Source: Gammaproteobacteria bacterium
GTDB lineage: Bacteria > Pseudomonadota > Gammaproteobacteria > Natronospirales > REEB76
DNA: 37,598 nucleotides
Reading direction: 5' to 3'
NCBI GenBank assembly: GCA_028871235.1
Contig: JAGWNO010000002.1
Span: 1-37,598, forward strand
Notes under the pieces: model-generated
Database searches by the model: none
Told to the model about the DNA's origin: nothing
What the model saw: only the letters and a program-made list of their open reading frames with translations
In this document: piece after piece, positions 18,111 through 28,628 of the stretch
How the letters are laid out: each line of letters opens with the position of its first letter
Numbering within the stretch: the first letter of the stretch is position 1
Translations under genes and position numbers: made by a program

Positions 18111-18180
18111 TATCTTTTAAGAGGCAACAGCTTTTGAATTGTTTTTATCTAGGGCAATTGGCATCTTGTAAGAACTCAAC

Positions 18181-18972
18181 TTAGTCCTGACGTAGGAACG
18201 GTTTGAATTCCTCCGCCAGCGCCTGGAAGATTTTCTCGCCGCCGGCGAGGATGTTGCCGTCCTCGGGAAAGCCCGGGGTGCCGTCGAAATGGCCGGTCAT
18301 GCCGCCGGCTTCCTGGATGAGCAGCATGCCCGCGGCGATGTCCCAGGGCTTCAAGCCCATTTCCCAGAAGCCATCCATGCGGCCGGCGGCCACGTAAGCG
18401 AGATCCAGAGCCGCGGAGCCGGCGCGGCGCACGCCGGCGGTCTTGCGCACCACGGCCTCGAACATCTTCATATATAGGTCAATGTTATGGTTTTCGCGGA
18501 ACGGGAAGCCGGTTCCGATGAGGGCGCCGTCGAGAGTTTTCAGTGATGTGACGCGCATGCGCCTGCCGTCCACCTGCGCGCCTTCACCGCGGCTGGCGGT
18601 GAACAGCTCCTGGCGCATGGGGTCGTAGATCACTGCGTGTTCGAGGCGGTCGCGGTGCTTGAGGGCGATGGAGACGCAGAACACCGGAAACCCGTGCAGG
18701 AAATTGGTGGTGCCATCGAGCGGATCGATGATCCACTGGAATTCATCATTATTGCCCTGGGCACCGCTTTCCTCGGCGAGGATGGCGTGATCCGGATGGG
18801 CCTTGCGCAAGGTGTAGATGATTTCTTCCTCGGCAAGCCGGTCCACCTGGCTCACGAAGTCATTGTGTTCTTTCGCCTTGATGGTGAGTCTGTCGATGCG
18901 CCCCACATGACGGGTGATGATGTCACCGGCGCGGCGCGCGGCACTGACGGCGATGTTCAACAATGGTTGCAT
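18181..18972 (-). CDS. suhB: Inositol-1-monophosphatase family protein SuhB
   Basis: 263 aa with the IMPase motifs WIIDPLDGTTNF and ...GGMTG. It is divergent from trmJ, as in E. coli and Pseudomonas. Confidence 0.9.
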   Translation of the reverse strand: MQPLLNIAVSAARRAGDIITRHVGRIDRLTIKAKEHNDFVSQVDRLAEEEIIYTLRKAHPDHAILAEESGAQGNNDEFQWIIDPLDGTTNFLHGFPVFCVSIALKHRDRLEHAVIYDPMRQELFTASRGEGAQVDGRRMRVTSLKTLDGALIGTGFPFRENHNIDLYMKMFEAVVRKTAGVRRAGSAALDLAYVAAGRMDGFWEMGLKPWDIAAGMLLIQEAGGMTGHFDGTPGFPEDGNILAGGEKIFQALAEEFKPFLRQD

Positions 18973-19214
18973 GATTCTTTTTCCAAAATTTATCTTTTGC
19001 CATCAGGCGGCGTTGAAAGCGTCCTCGAAATGCTCATTGACTGATGTGTCAACTCCGCTTTCCAGGTTGCCTTTGCCCAGCCAGGGGCAGAATCCCTGAT
19101 TTTTCCCCGGGCCAGGAGTGTGTGCGGGTTCCGGTTAAAGAACGGGACGCGCCGGTGTAATCCAGCGCGGCAGGGCGCGTAGAATAGCAGAAGCCCAAAT
19201 CACCCTCCAATCGC

Positions 19215-19958
19215 ATGCCACGCCACATTCGCATCGTGCTGGTGGAGACCAGCCATCCCGGTAACATCGGTGCCGCCGCCCGGGCCATGAAGACCATGTG
19301 CCTGGACCAGCTGGTGCTGGTGAACCCCGCAGAGTTCCCCCATGCCGATGCCAGCGCGCGGGCTTCCGGTGCCACGGACATATTGGAAGCGGCGAGCATA
19401 GTCGCGACCCTCGACGAAGCGCTCGCCGGCTGCGCACTGGTGGCGGGCAGCAGCGCGCGGCGGCGCGGTCTCGGACCCACACAACTCATGCCGCGGGAGT
19501 GCGTGCAGCGGCTGCTCACGGCGCCGGCAGACCAGGATGTGGCGGTGCTGTTCGGCCGCGAGCGTATCGGCCTCACCAATGAGGAACTGGACCGTTGCCA
19601 TTACCTGCTCCATATTCCCGCAAACCCGGATTACGGTTCGCTCAATCTTGCCGCCGCCGTGCAGGTGGTCGGTTATGAATTCATGCTGGCGCGCGACGTG
19701 GGGGGCGTCGCTGCGGAATCCGGCTCGCCGCTGGCCACTGCCGAGGAGCTGGAACGCCTGTACGCACATCTCGAAAAAGCGGCGCTGGACAGCGGGTTCC
19801 TGGATCCCGCCAACCCCAGGCATCTCATGCGCCGGCTGCGGCACCTGTTCGGCCGCGCCCGGCCGGACCAGAGCGAAGTGAACATACTGCGCGGATTACT
19901 GAAGGCGCTGCAGGATTTCGATGCGAAGCAGCGGAGAAACGGGCCACGGGAAACCTGA
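19215..19958 (+). CDS. trmJ: tRNA (cytidine/uridine-2'-O-)-methyltransferase TrmJ (SpoU/TrmH family)
   Basis: 247 aa starting IRIVLVETSHPGNIGAAARAMKTM, with FGRERIGLTNEEL and LNLAAAVQVV SPOUT motifs. Confidence 0.9.
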   Translation: MPRHIRIVLVETSHPGNIGAAARAMKTMCLDQLVLVNPAEFPHADASARASGATDILEAASIVATLDEALAGCALVAGSSARRRGLGPTQLMPRECVQRLLTAPADQDVAVLFGRERIGLTNEELDRCHYLLHIPANPDYGSLNLAAAVQVVGYEFMLARDVGGVAAESGSPLATAEELERLYAHLEKAALDSGFLDPANPRHLMRRLRHLFGRARPDQSEVNILRGLLKALQDFDAKQRRNGPRET

Positions 19959-19998
19959 TTACTTGGGTTGGCTATAATGGCGCATCGAGCACGGCAAT

Positions 19999-21156
19999 AT
20001 GTCCTTGAAAGCCACGTCCATCTACCTCGATCACAATGCCACCACACCGCTGGATCCGCGCGTGCTGGAGGCCATGCTGCCGTGGTTGCAAGGCATACAT
20101 GGCAATCCATCCAGTGTCCATCGTTACGGACGCGCGGCGCGCGCCGCCCTCGATACCGCACGTCAGCAGGTGGCGGCATTGGTGAATGCACAACCGGCGC
20201 AGGTGATTTTCACCAGCGGCGGTACGGAGGCCAACAACCTGGCACTCAAGGGCGTATGCAGCGGCACACCGGACGGCCGTCTGCTGGTGAGTGCTGTCGA
20301 ACACGCGGCAGTGCTGGAACCCGCGGAGACGCTGGCTACCCAGGGTTGGCGGGTACGGCAGCTGCCAGTGGATGGCGACGGCCGTCTCGATATGCAGGCA
20401 TTGGACGATATGCTGGACCTGGATGTGCGACTCGTGTCGGTGATGCGCGCCAACAACGAGACCGGTGTGTTGCAGGATGTGCAGGCCGTCGCCGGGCGTG
20501 CGCATGGATATGGCGCGCTCATGCACACGGATGCGGTGCAGGCGGCTGGCAGGATCCCGGTGGACTTTGTGGAACTGGGCGTCAACCTCATGACGCTGTC
20601 CGCCCACAAACTCAACGGTCCACGCGGCGTGGGCGCGCTCATCGTGGACAAGCGCGTGGACCTGCGGCCGCAGCTTACCGGCGGCGGGCAGGAGCAGGGG
20701 CTGCGCGGAGGCACCGAGGATCTGGCGGGCGTCATCGGCTTCGGCAAGGCGGCAGAGCTGGCGCACAGCGAATTGGCGGTGCGTGCCCGGCAGCTGCAGG
20801 CGTTGCGGGAACAGATGGAGGCGGGGTTGAAGTGCATTGCCGGCATCCGTATCTTTGCCGCCGGTGCAGAGCGCCTGCCCAACACGGTGCAGATCGGCGT
20901 CGAGGGTCATGCCGGTGAGATGCTGGTGATGGCTCTCGACAGGCATGGCATCGCCGTGTCCAGCGGTTCCGCCTGCCATAGCGGCAGCGGCAAACCCAGT
21001 CATGTGTTGCTGGCGATGGGCGTGGATGCGGCGATGGCGCGCAGCGCCGTGCGCATCAGTCTGGGCATGGACAACACCGCGGAAAATGTGCGGGCGCTGC
21101 TCACGGCGCTCGCTGCCGTGACCGCGAAACGTGCCGGCGCCGTGGCGCTGGCGTGA
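19999..21156 (+). CDS. Cysteine desulfurase, NifS/IscS-like (class V aminotransferase, group I), extra copy
   Basis: 385 aa starting [15 protein letters not shown]. It has the PLP lysine in [14 protein letters not shown] and the active-site loop SSGSACHSG. It occupies the slot where cysE/iscR sit in the canonical locus. Confidence 0.9.
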   Translation: MSLKATSIYLDHNATTPLDPRVLEAMLPWLQGIHGNPSSVHRYGRAARAALDTARQQVAALVNAQPAQVIFTSGGTEANNLALKGVCSGTPDGRLLVSAVEHAAVLEPAETLATQGWRVRQLPVDGDGRLDMQALDDMLDLDVRLVSVMRANNETGVLQDVQAVAGRAHGYGALMHTDAVQAAGRIPVDFVELGVNLMTLSAHKLNGPRGVGALIVDKRVDLRPQLTGGGQEQGLRGGTEDLAGVIGFGKAAELAHSELAVRARQLQALREQMEAGLKCIAGIRIFAAGAERLPNTVQIGVEGHAGEMLVMALDRHGIAVSSGSACHSGSGKPSHVLLAMGVDAAMARSAVRISLGMDNTAENVRALLTALAAVTAKRAGAVALA

Positions 21157-21172
21157 GCACGACAGGAATGCC

Positions 21173-22333
21173 ATGAACGACAAGGTCATCTATCTGGATT
21201 ACGCCGCCACCACGCCGGTGGATCCGCGGGTGGCGGTGAAGATGGCCGCCTGCCTCACCCAGGAGGGGCTGTACGCCAACCCGGCATCCGCCCACACGCC
21301 GGGCCGCAACGCGCGCGGGGCGGTGGAGCGGGCGCGCAGCCAGGTGGCGGCACTCGTGAATGCCCAGCCTGGCGAGATCATCTTCACTTCCGGCGCCACC
21401 GAATCCGACAATCTGGCCATCAAGGGCGTGGCGCACTTCTATAAGGATAAGGGCCGGCACATCGTCACGGCACGCACCGAGCACAAGGCGGTGCTGGATA
21501 CCTGCAGGCAGCTGGAGCGCGAAGGTTTCGAGATCACCTGGCTCAAACCCGATGCAGATGGCCTGCTGCCGCCGCAGAGAGTGACACAGGCGCTGCGCGC
21601 GGACACCATACTGGTATCCATCATGCATGTGAACAACGAGATCGGCGTGGCGCAGGACATCGCCGCCATCGGCCGCGGCACCCGCGCCCGCGGTGTGCTG
21701 TTTCACGTGGATGCGGCCCAGAGCGCCGGCAAGCTGCCCATCGATCTGAACATGCTGGATGTGGACCTCATGTCCTTCTCCGGCCACAAACTGTATGGCC
21801 CCAAGGGCATCGGCGCGCTGTATGTGCGTCGTGAACCGCGTGTGAACCTGGAAGCACTTATCCATGGCGGCGGCCACGAAGGCGGCTTGCGCTCCGGCAC
21901 GCTGGCGACCCACCAGATCGTGGGCATGGGCGAGGCGTTTGCTCTCGCGCAGGCGCAACTCGCGGAAGATGCCGGACATGTCGCGGCATTGCGCGAGCGG
22001 CTGTGGCGGGGCATTCACGAACTGGTTCCGGAGGCGCTGCTCAATGGTCACGCGACCCAGCGGGTCGCGGGCATCCTTAACGTGAGTTTTCCGGGCGTGG
22101 AAGGCGAGAGCCTGCTGTTCGCCTGTTGCACGCTTGCGGTATCCAGCGGCTCCGCCTGCAATTCCGCGACCCGCGAGCCGTCCTACGTATTGCGCGCCCT
22201 GGGTCGCGAGGATGAAGTGGCGGGCAGCAGCCTGCGCTTCAGCCTGGGTCGCTTTACCACCGCGGCGGAAGTGGACGCGGCGGCACGCATCGTCGGCGAA
22301 GAGTATCGCCGTCTTAAGTCACTGGCGGCATAA
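21173..22333 (+). CDS. iscS: Cysteine desulfurase IscS
   Basis: 386 aa with [30 protein letters not shown] and [21 protein letters not shown], which is very close to the E. coli IscS loop. It ends at ...RRLKSLAA, about 19 aa short of the E. coli IscS C-terminus as I recall it. Confidence 0.9.
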   Translation: MNDKVIYLDYAATTPVDPRVAVKMAACLTQEGLYANPASAHTPGRNARGAVERARSQVAALVNAQPGEIIFTSGATESDNLAIKGVAHFYKDKGRHIVTARTEHKAVLDTCRQLEREGFEITWLKPDADGLLPPQRVTQALRADTILVSIMHVNNEIGVAQDIAAIGRGTRARGVLFHVDAAQSAGKLPIDLNMLDVDLMSFSGHKLYGPKGIGALYVRREPRVNLEALIHGGGHEGGLRSGTLATHQIVGMGEAFALAQAQLAEDAGHVAALRERLWRGIHELVPEALLNGHATQRVAGILNVSFPGVEGESLLFACCTLAVSSGSACNSATREPSYVLRALGREDEVAGSSLRFSLGRFTTAAEVDAAARIVGEEYRRLKSLAA

Positions 22334-22337
22334 ATCC

Positions 22338-22769
22338 ATGGGTACAACAGTCACGGGTTATCACGCAAACGTGTGGCAGCATTTCCGCGCACCGCGTAAT
22401 GCCGGTATGTTTGCTCCCGGTACGCCGGGCGTGGTCAGCGGACGCGCCGGCAACGCGCAGCATGGCCGGGAAGTGGAGATGGCGCTGCGCCTGGATGAGG
22501 ACGCCCGGATACTCGAATGCCGCTATCGGGTCTATGGTTGCCCCGCCACCATCGCGCTGTGTTCCCTGGCCAGCGAAGCACTGCGGGGCCAGCCACTGGC
22601 GGCGGCAGCCACCTACAGCGTGCTGGCATTGGCGGAGAGCTTGAGACTGGCGGCGGAGAAGCGTGCCGCCGCGCTGGTGGTGGAGGATGCCCTGCGGGAG
22701 GCTGCCGCAGGGTACAATGGGCCGCTGCCGCCGTACGCGGCAGCCACGGTGCAGGCAAAACAGGTTTGA
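22338..22769 (+). CDS. IscU/NifU-N-like protein with a degenerate cluster-ligand set
   Basis: 143 aa. It aligns without gaps to E. coli IscU from PRN.G.F through ED.A over about 110 residues. Cys63 (YGC) is kept, but Cys37>His, Asp39>Arg, His105>Ala and Cys106>Ala. New Cys residues give [16 protein letters not shown] (C-x6-C-x6-C). Confidence 0.75.
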   Translation: MGTTVTGYHANVWQHFRAPRNAGMFAPGTPGVVSGRAGNAQHGREVEMALRLDEDARILECRYRVYGCPATIALCSLASEALRGQPLAAAATYSVLALAESLRLAAEKRAAALVVEDALREAAAGYNGPLPPYAAATVQAKQV

Positions 22770-22771
22770 AA

Positions 22772-23095
22772 ATGGCAATCACCTTGACGGATTCCGCCGC
22801 CCGGCGGGTCAGGAGCTACCTGGAGAAACACGGCGGCGGTTTGGGGCTGCGTCTCGGCGTGCGCAAGACCGGCTGTTCGGGCTTCGCCTACGAGGTGGAT
22901 TATGCGGATCACGCCGCGCCTGGGGACGTGGTGTTCGAGCAGCACGGCGTGAAGGTGGTGGTGAGCCGCGAAAACTTGCCGCTCCTGGATGGCACCGAGG
23001 TGGATTTCGTCCGCAAGGGTATCAACGAGTCATTCACGTTCCACAACCCCAATGTCAAAGACGAATGCGGGTGTGGTGAGAGTTTTACCGTCTGA
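22772..23095 (+). CDS. iscA: Iron-sulfur cluster insertion protein IscA/ErpA (HesB family)
   Basis: 107 aa starting [13 protein letters not shown]. The three conserved Cys are present: GCSGF and the C-terminal CGCGESF. Confidence 0.9.
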   Translation: MAITLTDSAARRVRSYLEKHGGGLGLRLGVRKTGCSGFAYEVDYADHAAPGDVVFEQHGVKVVVSRENLPLLDGTEVDFVRKGINESFTFHNPNVKDECGCGESFTV

Positions 23096-23268
23096 ATCAG
23101 CTGATTTTCAGGCTTTCATCGCGCTTTTCATTGCCTGGGCCAGCCCCCTCCCGGTACACTTAACACTTTGAACTCGCTGGCAACCAGCGCTTAAAAGCAC
23201 CCGGGACGCCCGTCGCGCCGGGGCCCCGGTATACCCATCCACCTGTCAAGTATCTGGAGTCTGGTTTC

Positions 23269-23700
23269 GTGGCTATTGAACGCACCCTGTCCATCATCAA
23301 GCCCGATGGCGTGGCGAAGAATATCATCGGCGAGGTCTATGCCAGGTTTGAAAAAGCCGGTATGCGGATCGTGGCGGCACGCATGCTGCATCTCAACCGT
23401 GTCCAGGCCGAGAGCTTTTATGCCGTGCATCGCGAGCGGCCGTTTTTCAGGCCGCTGGTGGAATTCATGATATCCGGCCCGGTAATGGTGCAGGTGCTGG
23501 AAGGCGAGAATGCCGTCGCCAGGAACCGCGAAATCATGGGCGCCACCAACCCGCGGGACGCCAAACCCGGCACCCTGCGCGCTGACTTCGCCAAGACTGT
23601 GGACGAGAACGTGGTGCATGGTTCCGATGCCGTCGAAACGGCCTGCAACGAGATTGCGTTCTTCTTCGCGGGCATGGACATCTGTCCGCGTACTCGCTGA
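23269..23700 (+). CDS. ndk: Nucleoside-diphosphate kinase
   Basis: 143 aa with a GTG start, beginning [14 protein letters not shown], and the NVVHGSD active-site His motif. Confidence 0.95.
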   Translation: MAIERTLSIIKPDGVAKNIIGEVYARFEKAGMRIVAARMLHLNRVQAESFYAVHRERPFFRPLVEFMISGPVMVQVLEGENAVARNREIMGATNPRDAKPGTLRADFAKTVDENVVHGSDAVETACNEIAFFFAGMDICPRTR

Positions 23701-23705
23701 AAAAA

Positions 23706-24830
23706 ATGACCGGTATGCACGAGAACGCCGCCAAAGTGAATCTGCTGGGCCTGGACCGCCGGGCGCTGGAGGCGTTTTTTGCCGAACTCGGCGAGCAGCC
23801 TTTCCGCGCGCGCCAGTTGATGCAGTGGATCTATCATCGCGGTGTTGCAGACTTCGATGCCATGACCGATCTCGGCAAAGGATTGCGGGCAAAACTCCGG
23901 GAGCGTGCCGAAGTGCGCGTGCCCGAGGTCAGCGACGAGCAGCTTTCGGACGACGGCACCCGCAAGTGGCTGCTGCGCATGGATGCCGCCAACGGCATTG
24001 AGACGGTGTTCATTCCGGATGCCGAACGCGGCACGCTGTGCATCTCCTCACAGGTGGGCTGCGCCATGGACTGCAGTTTCTGCGCCACCGGCAAGCAGGG
24101 CTTCAACCGCAACCTCACGACGGCTGAGATCGTGGGTCAGGTGTGGATTGCGAATCAACGGCTTGGCGCCATCCACGGCATTGAGCGGGCCATCACAAAC
24201 ATTGTGTTCATGGGTATGGGCGAGCCACTCGCCAACTACAAGAATATACTGCCGGCGCTTCACATCTTTCTCGATGATTTCGGCTATGGCCTGTCCAAGC
24301 GACGCGTGACCCTGAGCACATCGGGCCTGGTACCGAATCTGCTCAAACTCGCCGGGGAATGCGACGTGGCGCTGGCGGTGTCGTTGCACGCACCTAACGA
24401 TGCGCTGCGCGATGTGCTGGTGCCTATCAACAAGGTGCATCCCATCGCCGAGCTCATGGATGCATGCCGTCACTATATGGCGAACCAGGACCACAGCCAC
24501 GTGCATGTCACTTTCGAATACGTGATGCTGGATGGGGTGAACGACGGCCCGGAACTGGCGCGCCAATTGGCGGATCTGGTGAAGGATATCCCCTGCAAGG
24601 TCAATTTGATCCCCTTCAACCCCTTCCCAGGCACCCATTACCGGCGTTCGCCGCAGGATGTGATCGATCGTTTCGCCGATTATCTGTGGCGCAGGGGAAT
24701 CGTGACCATCACCCGCCGCACCCGCGGCGATGACATCGATGCCGCTTGCGGTCAGCTGGCGGGCCAGGTGCAAGACCGGATCCGCCGGCAAGAACGTCAA
24801 GGACGCGACCATATGGAGGCACGGGTATGA
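23706..24830 (+). CDS. rlmN: 23S rRNA/tRNA (adenine-C2)-methyltransferase RlmN (radical SAM)
   Basis: 374 aa with the [11 protein letters not shown] radical-SAM motif, GMGEPLAN and the C-terminal DIDAACGQL. Confidence 0.95.
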   Translation: MTGMHENAAKVNLLGLDRRALEAFFAELGEQPFRARQLMQWIYHRGVADFDAMTDLGKGLRAKLRERAEVRVPEVSDEQLSDDGTRKWLLRMDAANGIETVFIPDAERGTLCISSQVGCAMDCSFCATGKQGFNRNLTTAEIVGQVWIANQRLGAIHGIERAITNIVFMGMGEPLANYKNILPALHIFLDDFGYGLSKRRVTLSTSGLVPNLLKLAGECDVALAVSLHAPNDALRDVLVPINKVHPIAELMDACRHYMANQDHSHVHVTFEYVMLDGVNDGPELARQLADLVKDIPCKVNLIPFNPFPGTHYRRSPQDVIDRFADYLWRRGIVTITRRTRGDDIDAACGQLAGQVQDRIRRQERQGRDHMEARV

Positions 24831-25615
24831 GAAAAACCAGATTGTTGCCGTTTGTGACTGCCGTCACGGCATGCGTACTGGCGGGATGTGTGAGTTCCGG
24901 TTCCTCGGTCTCGGGTGAGAAGGTCTCGCTGACGCAAGCCTCCGAATACAACGCCGAACTTGGCATCGAGTACCTGCGTCAGGGCAGCCGTGATCTCGCC
25001 ATGCAGAAGCTGCAGAAGGCTCTGCAACAGAACTCCGACAACGCCTATGCCTACATGGGTCTTGGGCTGCTCTATGACAGCACCAACGATCCTGAGAGGG
25101 CCGACAAGAATTACCGTATCGCGCTGCGCAAGGCACCGGACAACCCCCAGATCCAGAACAACTATGCAGTGTTTCTCTGTCAGCACGGCAAGCTGCAGGC
25201 GTCGGAGAAATATTTCATCGAGGCGGCCCAGAATCCGCTGTATCCGACACCGGAAGCGGCCTACACCAATGCAGGGGTATGTGCCAACCGTGTACCCGAC
25301 ATCACCTCAGCGGCGAATTATTTCCGCAAAGCCCTGGATATCAACCCGAATTTCCCGGAGGCCCTCTACCAAATGGCGCAGTTGAGCTTCAACCAGAAGG
25401 GTTATTTGCAGGCGCGGGCCTTCATCCAGCGTTACACCGACGCAGTGACGCAACCTACCGCCTCTGCCCTGTTGCTGGGTGTGCGCATCGAACGTGCGCT
25501 CGGTAATAGACAGGGAGCCGCTGATTATGCGAACAAGCTGCGTACGCTGTATCCCACGTCCAACGAGGCACAACAACTGAACCAGAGTTATGACCATGCA
25601 GGAAGTACCGGCTGA
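24827..25615 (+). CDS. pilW: Type IV pilus biogenesis/stability lipoprotein PilW (PilF in P. aeruginosa), TPR protein
   Basis: The start ATG overlaps the rlmN stop (ATGA). It has the lipobox VLAGC and TPR repeats ([31 protein letters not shown]). It sits in the conserved position between rlmN and rodZ. Confidence 0.8.
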   Translation: MRKTRLLPFVTAVTACVLAGCVSSGSSVSGEKVSLTQASEYNAELGIEYLRQGSRDLAMQKLQKALQQNSDNAYAYMGLGLLYDSTNDPERADKNYRIALRKAPDNPQIQNNYAVFLCQHGKLQASEKYFIEAAQNPLYPTPEAAYTNAGVCANRVPDITSAANYFRKALDINPNFPEALYQMAQLSFNQKGYLQARAFIQRYTDAVTQPTASALLLGVRIERALGNRQGAADYANKLRTLYPTSNEAQQLNQSYDHAGSTG

Positions 25616-26594
25616 CAGCACCGCGCGCGCAATGGATGGTGACCTGGGCGCGACGCTACGGGCCGCGCGGGAACGCCGCAATGTGTCGGTGCATCAGGCC
25701 GCCCAGGATATGCATGTGGGCGACTATGTAATCGACGCGCTGGAACGTGACGACTATGCTTCGCTGGGCGCGGCCATTTTCGTGCGCGGTCACCTGCGTG
25801 GTTATGCGCGTCTGCTGGGTCTTGCCGAGAGTGAGGTGCTGGCCGCCTACGAAAGTGCTACCGGAAACAAACCGCCTGCACCGCCGCTCATCACGCAGCG
25901 GCCGGGTAGCGGCGGAGTGCTCGCTCGCAGGCTGTGGCTGCAGGTTTCCTCCGGCGCGGTAATTGTGTTGCTGCTGGCGCTGGCGGTGAGTTGGTGGATG
26001 CATCGGCCGGCGGAAGAAGTGGCGCCGCTGCCGGCACCCCATGCTGTCAGTACCGCCCCGCAACCCGTGAATACGCCATTGCCGGCGGTGGTGAGCGCCG
26101 GCCTACCGGGCTCGGCCATGGCGCGCGCGGCCGCTGAAGAAAAAAAACCTCCGGCGGTGAAGTCCGGGGCAAAGGCGCACATCAAAACAGCCGACAGGAG
26201 CAGCTTCGCCGTGGAACGGACGGTAAAACCAGCGTCGCAGCCGGCAGCCGCCGTCAATCCCCCGGCACCCGGTAACCCACGTATGTCAGCGCAACCGCTG
26301 GCGACCGAACCAGCCGCCGTGGCATCACAGCATCTCACGCATGTGGTATTCACGTTGAGCCAGGCCTCATGGATCGAGGTGTATGACGCCAACGGCAAGC
26401 GTCTGTATTACGATCTGGCGCCGGCCGGAGATAGTTTCGGTGTCTCTGGCGCCGGACCGCTGCAAGTGTTCCTCGGCAACGCGCCCGGCGTGAGCATGGA
26501 ACTGGATGGCGCGCCTTTCGACATGACGCCGTATCTGCGTCCTGACAACACCGCGCGTTTCCGCCTCGGCGGGGCGGATGGCGACGGGGGCTAA
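25590..26594 (+). CDS. rodZ: Cytoskeleton protein RodZ (HTH domain, TM segment, C-terminal DUF4115-like domain)
   Basis: It has an N-terminal XRE-type HTH (LGATLRAARERRNVSVHQAAQDM), a TM segment (LQVSSGAVIVLLLALAVSWW), a Pro/Ala-rich linker and a C-terminal beta domain (WIEVYDANGKRLY...GNAPGV). The start is uncertain; the ATGs at 25596 or 25632 are alternatives. Confidence 0.75.
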   Translation: MTMQEVPADSTARAMDGDLGATLRAARERRNVSVHQAAQDMHVGDYVIDALERDDYASLGAAIFVRGHLRGYARLLGLAESEVLAAYESATGNKPPAPPLITQRPGSGGVLARRLWLQVSSGAVIVLLLALAVSWWMHRPAEEVAPLPAPHAVSTAPQPVNTPLPAVVSAGLPGSAMARAAAEEKKPPAVKSGAKAHIKTADRSSFAVERTVKPASQPAAAVNPPAPGNPRMSAQPLATEPAAVASQHLTHVVFTLSQASWIEVYDANGKRLYYDLAPAGDSFGVSGAGPLQVFLGNAPGVSMELDGAPFDMTPYLRPDNTARFRLGGADGDGG

Positions 26595-26639
26595 GCCTGG
26601 CTGAAACGGCGCAGTCGCCGATTTTTCGAGGATATTCAC

Positions 26640-27911
26640 TTGACCAACCTGATTCAGCCCATTCGCGGCATGAACGACATATTGCCGGATGCCATTCCGC
26701 GCTGGCAGCACCTGGAAGCGGTGACCCGTGAGGTGCTGGAAGCGTACGGCTACCGCGAAGTCCGCTTTCCCGTGCTGGAGAAGACGGAACTGTTCGCGCG
26801 CTCCCTCGGCGAGGTTACGGACATCGTTGAGAAGGAGATGTACACGTTTGTGGATCGCAACGGCGACAGTCTGACGCTGCGTCCCGAAGGGACCGCCGGG
26901 TGCGTGCGCGCCGGTCTTTCCAACGGTCTGCTGCACAACCAGGTGCAGCGGCTTTGGTACGCTGGTCCCATGTTTCGTCACGAACGTCCACAGAAGGGCC
27001 GTTACCGGCAGTTCCACCAGATCGGCGCCGAAGCCTATGGTCTCGCCGGCCCGGACATCGATGCAGAACTCATCGTGATGTCGGCGCGGCTGTGGAAGCG
27101 GCTTGGCATCGCGCCAGTGACGCTGCAGATCAACTCCCTGGGCACGCCCGAGACCCGAGCCGGGTACCGGCAGAAGCTGGTGGATTATCTGACACTTCAC
27201 CAGGACAAACTTGACGAGGATAGCAAGCGGCGGCTGCAGAGTAACCCGCTGCGGGTGCTGGACAGCAGGGATGCGAACGTACAGGCACTGGTGCGGGACG
27301 CGCCCAGTCTTGCGGACTATCTGGATGATGAATCCCGGGCACATTTCGGCGCGCTCCGCGGATTGCTGGATGCTTCGGGCGTAACCTACGCGGTGAATCC
27401 ACGGCTGGTACGCGGGTTGGACTACTATTCGCGCACCGTGTTTGAATGGTCGACCAACCGTCTCGGCGCACAAGACGCGGTGTGTTCCGGCGGTCGCTAT
27501 GACGGTCTGGTGGCACAGCTGGGTGGCAGGCCCACGCCGGCCATCGGCTTCGCCATGGGCTTGGAGCGGCTGGTGAGTCTCATGGAGGAAGCAGGCGTGC
27601 CGGCGCCGGAGAGCACTCCGCATGTATATCTGGTGCGGGCCGGCACCGCCGCGGAAGCCGCGGGATTCCTGTTGGCGGAGAAATTGCGCGATGCGCTGCC
27701 GCGGTTGCGGCTGGTCATGGACTGCGGCGGCGGCAGCTTCGGTAACCAGTTGAAACGCGCCGACAGGAGTGGTGCACGTATCGCTCTCATCCTCGGAGAG
27801 AATGAAACCAAGGCGCAGCGGGTAGGCTTCAAGCCGTTGCGCAACAGTGCCGAGCAGGTGGAATTGCCATGGGAGGAGGTGCCGTCACGCCTCGCCCCGT
27901 GGCTGAACTGA
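26640..27911 (+). CDS. hisS: Histidine--tRNA ligase
   Basis: 423 aa with a TTG start after GAGGA. It carries GMNDILP, the class II motifs ([26 protein letters not shown]) and an anticodon-binding C-terminal domain. Confidence 0.95.
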   Translation: MTNLIQPIRGMNDILPDAIPRWQHLEAVTREVLEAYGYREVRFPVLEKTELFARSLGEVTDIVEKEMYTFVDRNGDSLTLRPEGTAGCVRAGLSNGLLHNQVQRLWYAGPMFRHERPQKGRYRQFHQIGAEAYGLAGPDIDAELIVMSARLWKRLGIAPVTLQINSLGTPETRAGYRQKLVDYLTLHQDKLDEDSKRRLQSNPLRVLDSRDANVQALVRDAPSLADYLDDESRAHFGALRGLLDASGVTYAVNPRLVRGLDYYSRTVFEWSTNRLGAQDAVCSGGRYDGLVAQLGGRPTPAIGFAMGLERLVSLMEEAGVPAPESTPHVYLVRAGTAAEAAGFLLAEKLRDALPRLRLVMDCGGGSFGNQLKRADRSGARIALILGENETKAQRVGFKPLRNSAEQVELPWEEVPSRLAPWLN

Positions 27912-27959
27912 TTTTTAGGCGCGCGCAAGCGCGTTATACCCGTCATCCAGGAGTGCAGT

Positions 27960-28628
27960 GTGGACGAGTTTCTTACTGATCGTGAACAGGCGGAACGTCT
28001 GAAGAAATGGTGGCTGGAGAATTACAAGGCCATCTTCGTTGGCGTCATTATCGCAATTCTCATCATCGGCGGTTGGCGTTACTGGCAGAACCGGGTGCAG
28101 GCACGCAGTATCGCCGCGGCCACGCTGTTTGCACAGATGGGGAGCGTGCTGGCCGTCGGCAACGGTGCGGGAGCGCTCAAGATTGGCAACCAGCTGATCA
28201 GCGGTTATCACGACACGCCCTATGCGGCGCAAGCGGCTATGGCGATGGCGCAGTATGACGTCGCTGTCAACAAGCCCGATGACGCCATGCAGATGCTGAA
28301 CTGGGTCATCCAGCACGGCAACGATGATGGCCTGAAGCTGCTGGCGCGGTTGCGGCTGGCGCGGGTAAAACTTTCCGTAGGCGATCCGCAGGCGGCACTC
28401 ACTGCCTTGTCAAGCGTGCAGCCGGGCGGGTTCACGGCGCTGTATGATGATGTGCGCGGCGATGCTTATGTGAAGCTTGGTCAGATCGATAAGGCACGGG
28501 CTGCCTATCAGCGGGCCATCAGCGCATGGACCCAGGACATGGGTGACAAGTCGCTGATACAGATGAAGCTGGACAACCTCGCCCCGGTGCCCGCCGCCAG
28601 GACTACAACCGGAGCACCGCAGAAGTGA
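27960..28628 (+). CDS. yfgM: YfgM family protein (ancillary SecYEG translocon subunit, TPR-like)
   Basis: 222 aa with a GTG start after AGGAG. The N-terminus reads EQAERLKKWWLENYKAIFVGVIIAILIIGGW (single TM) and TPR-like repeats follow. hisS-yfgM-bamB-der order. Confidence 0.8.
   Translation: MDEFLTDREQAERLKKWWLENYKAIFVGVIIAILIIGGWRYWQNRVQARSIAAATLFAQMGSVLAVGNGAGALKIGNQLISGYHDTPYAAQAAMAMAQYDVAVNKPDDAMQMLNWVIQHGNDDGLKLLARLRLARVKLSVGDPQAALTALSSVQPGGFTALYDDVRGDAYVKLGQIDKARAAYQRAISAWTQDMGDKSLIQMKLDNLAPVPAARTTTGAPQK

Noticed and set aside
17762-18137. Overlapping 121-aa (minus) and 94-aa (plus) ORFs between secF and suhB.
   Set aside because: Both are Arg/Pro/Gly-rich and overlap the secF terminator. 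They contain the same peptide, GTFLVRTRKVP, on both strands because they read through an 11-bp perfect palindrome. They are non-coding repeat sequence.
19973-19978. Perfect TATAAT hexamer 20 nt upstream of the first desulfurase ATG, a possible internal promoter replacing the missing iscR-controlled one.
   Set aside because: No acceptable -35 element or extended -10 lies at proper spacing, and the implied leader would be about 14 nt without an SD. A single hexamer is too weak to annotate, so transcription may simply continue from trmJ.
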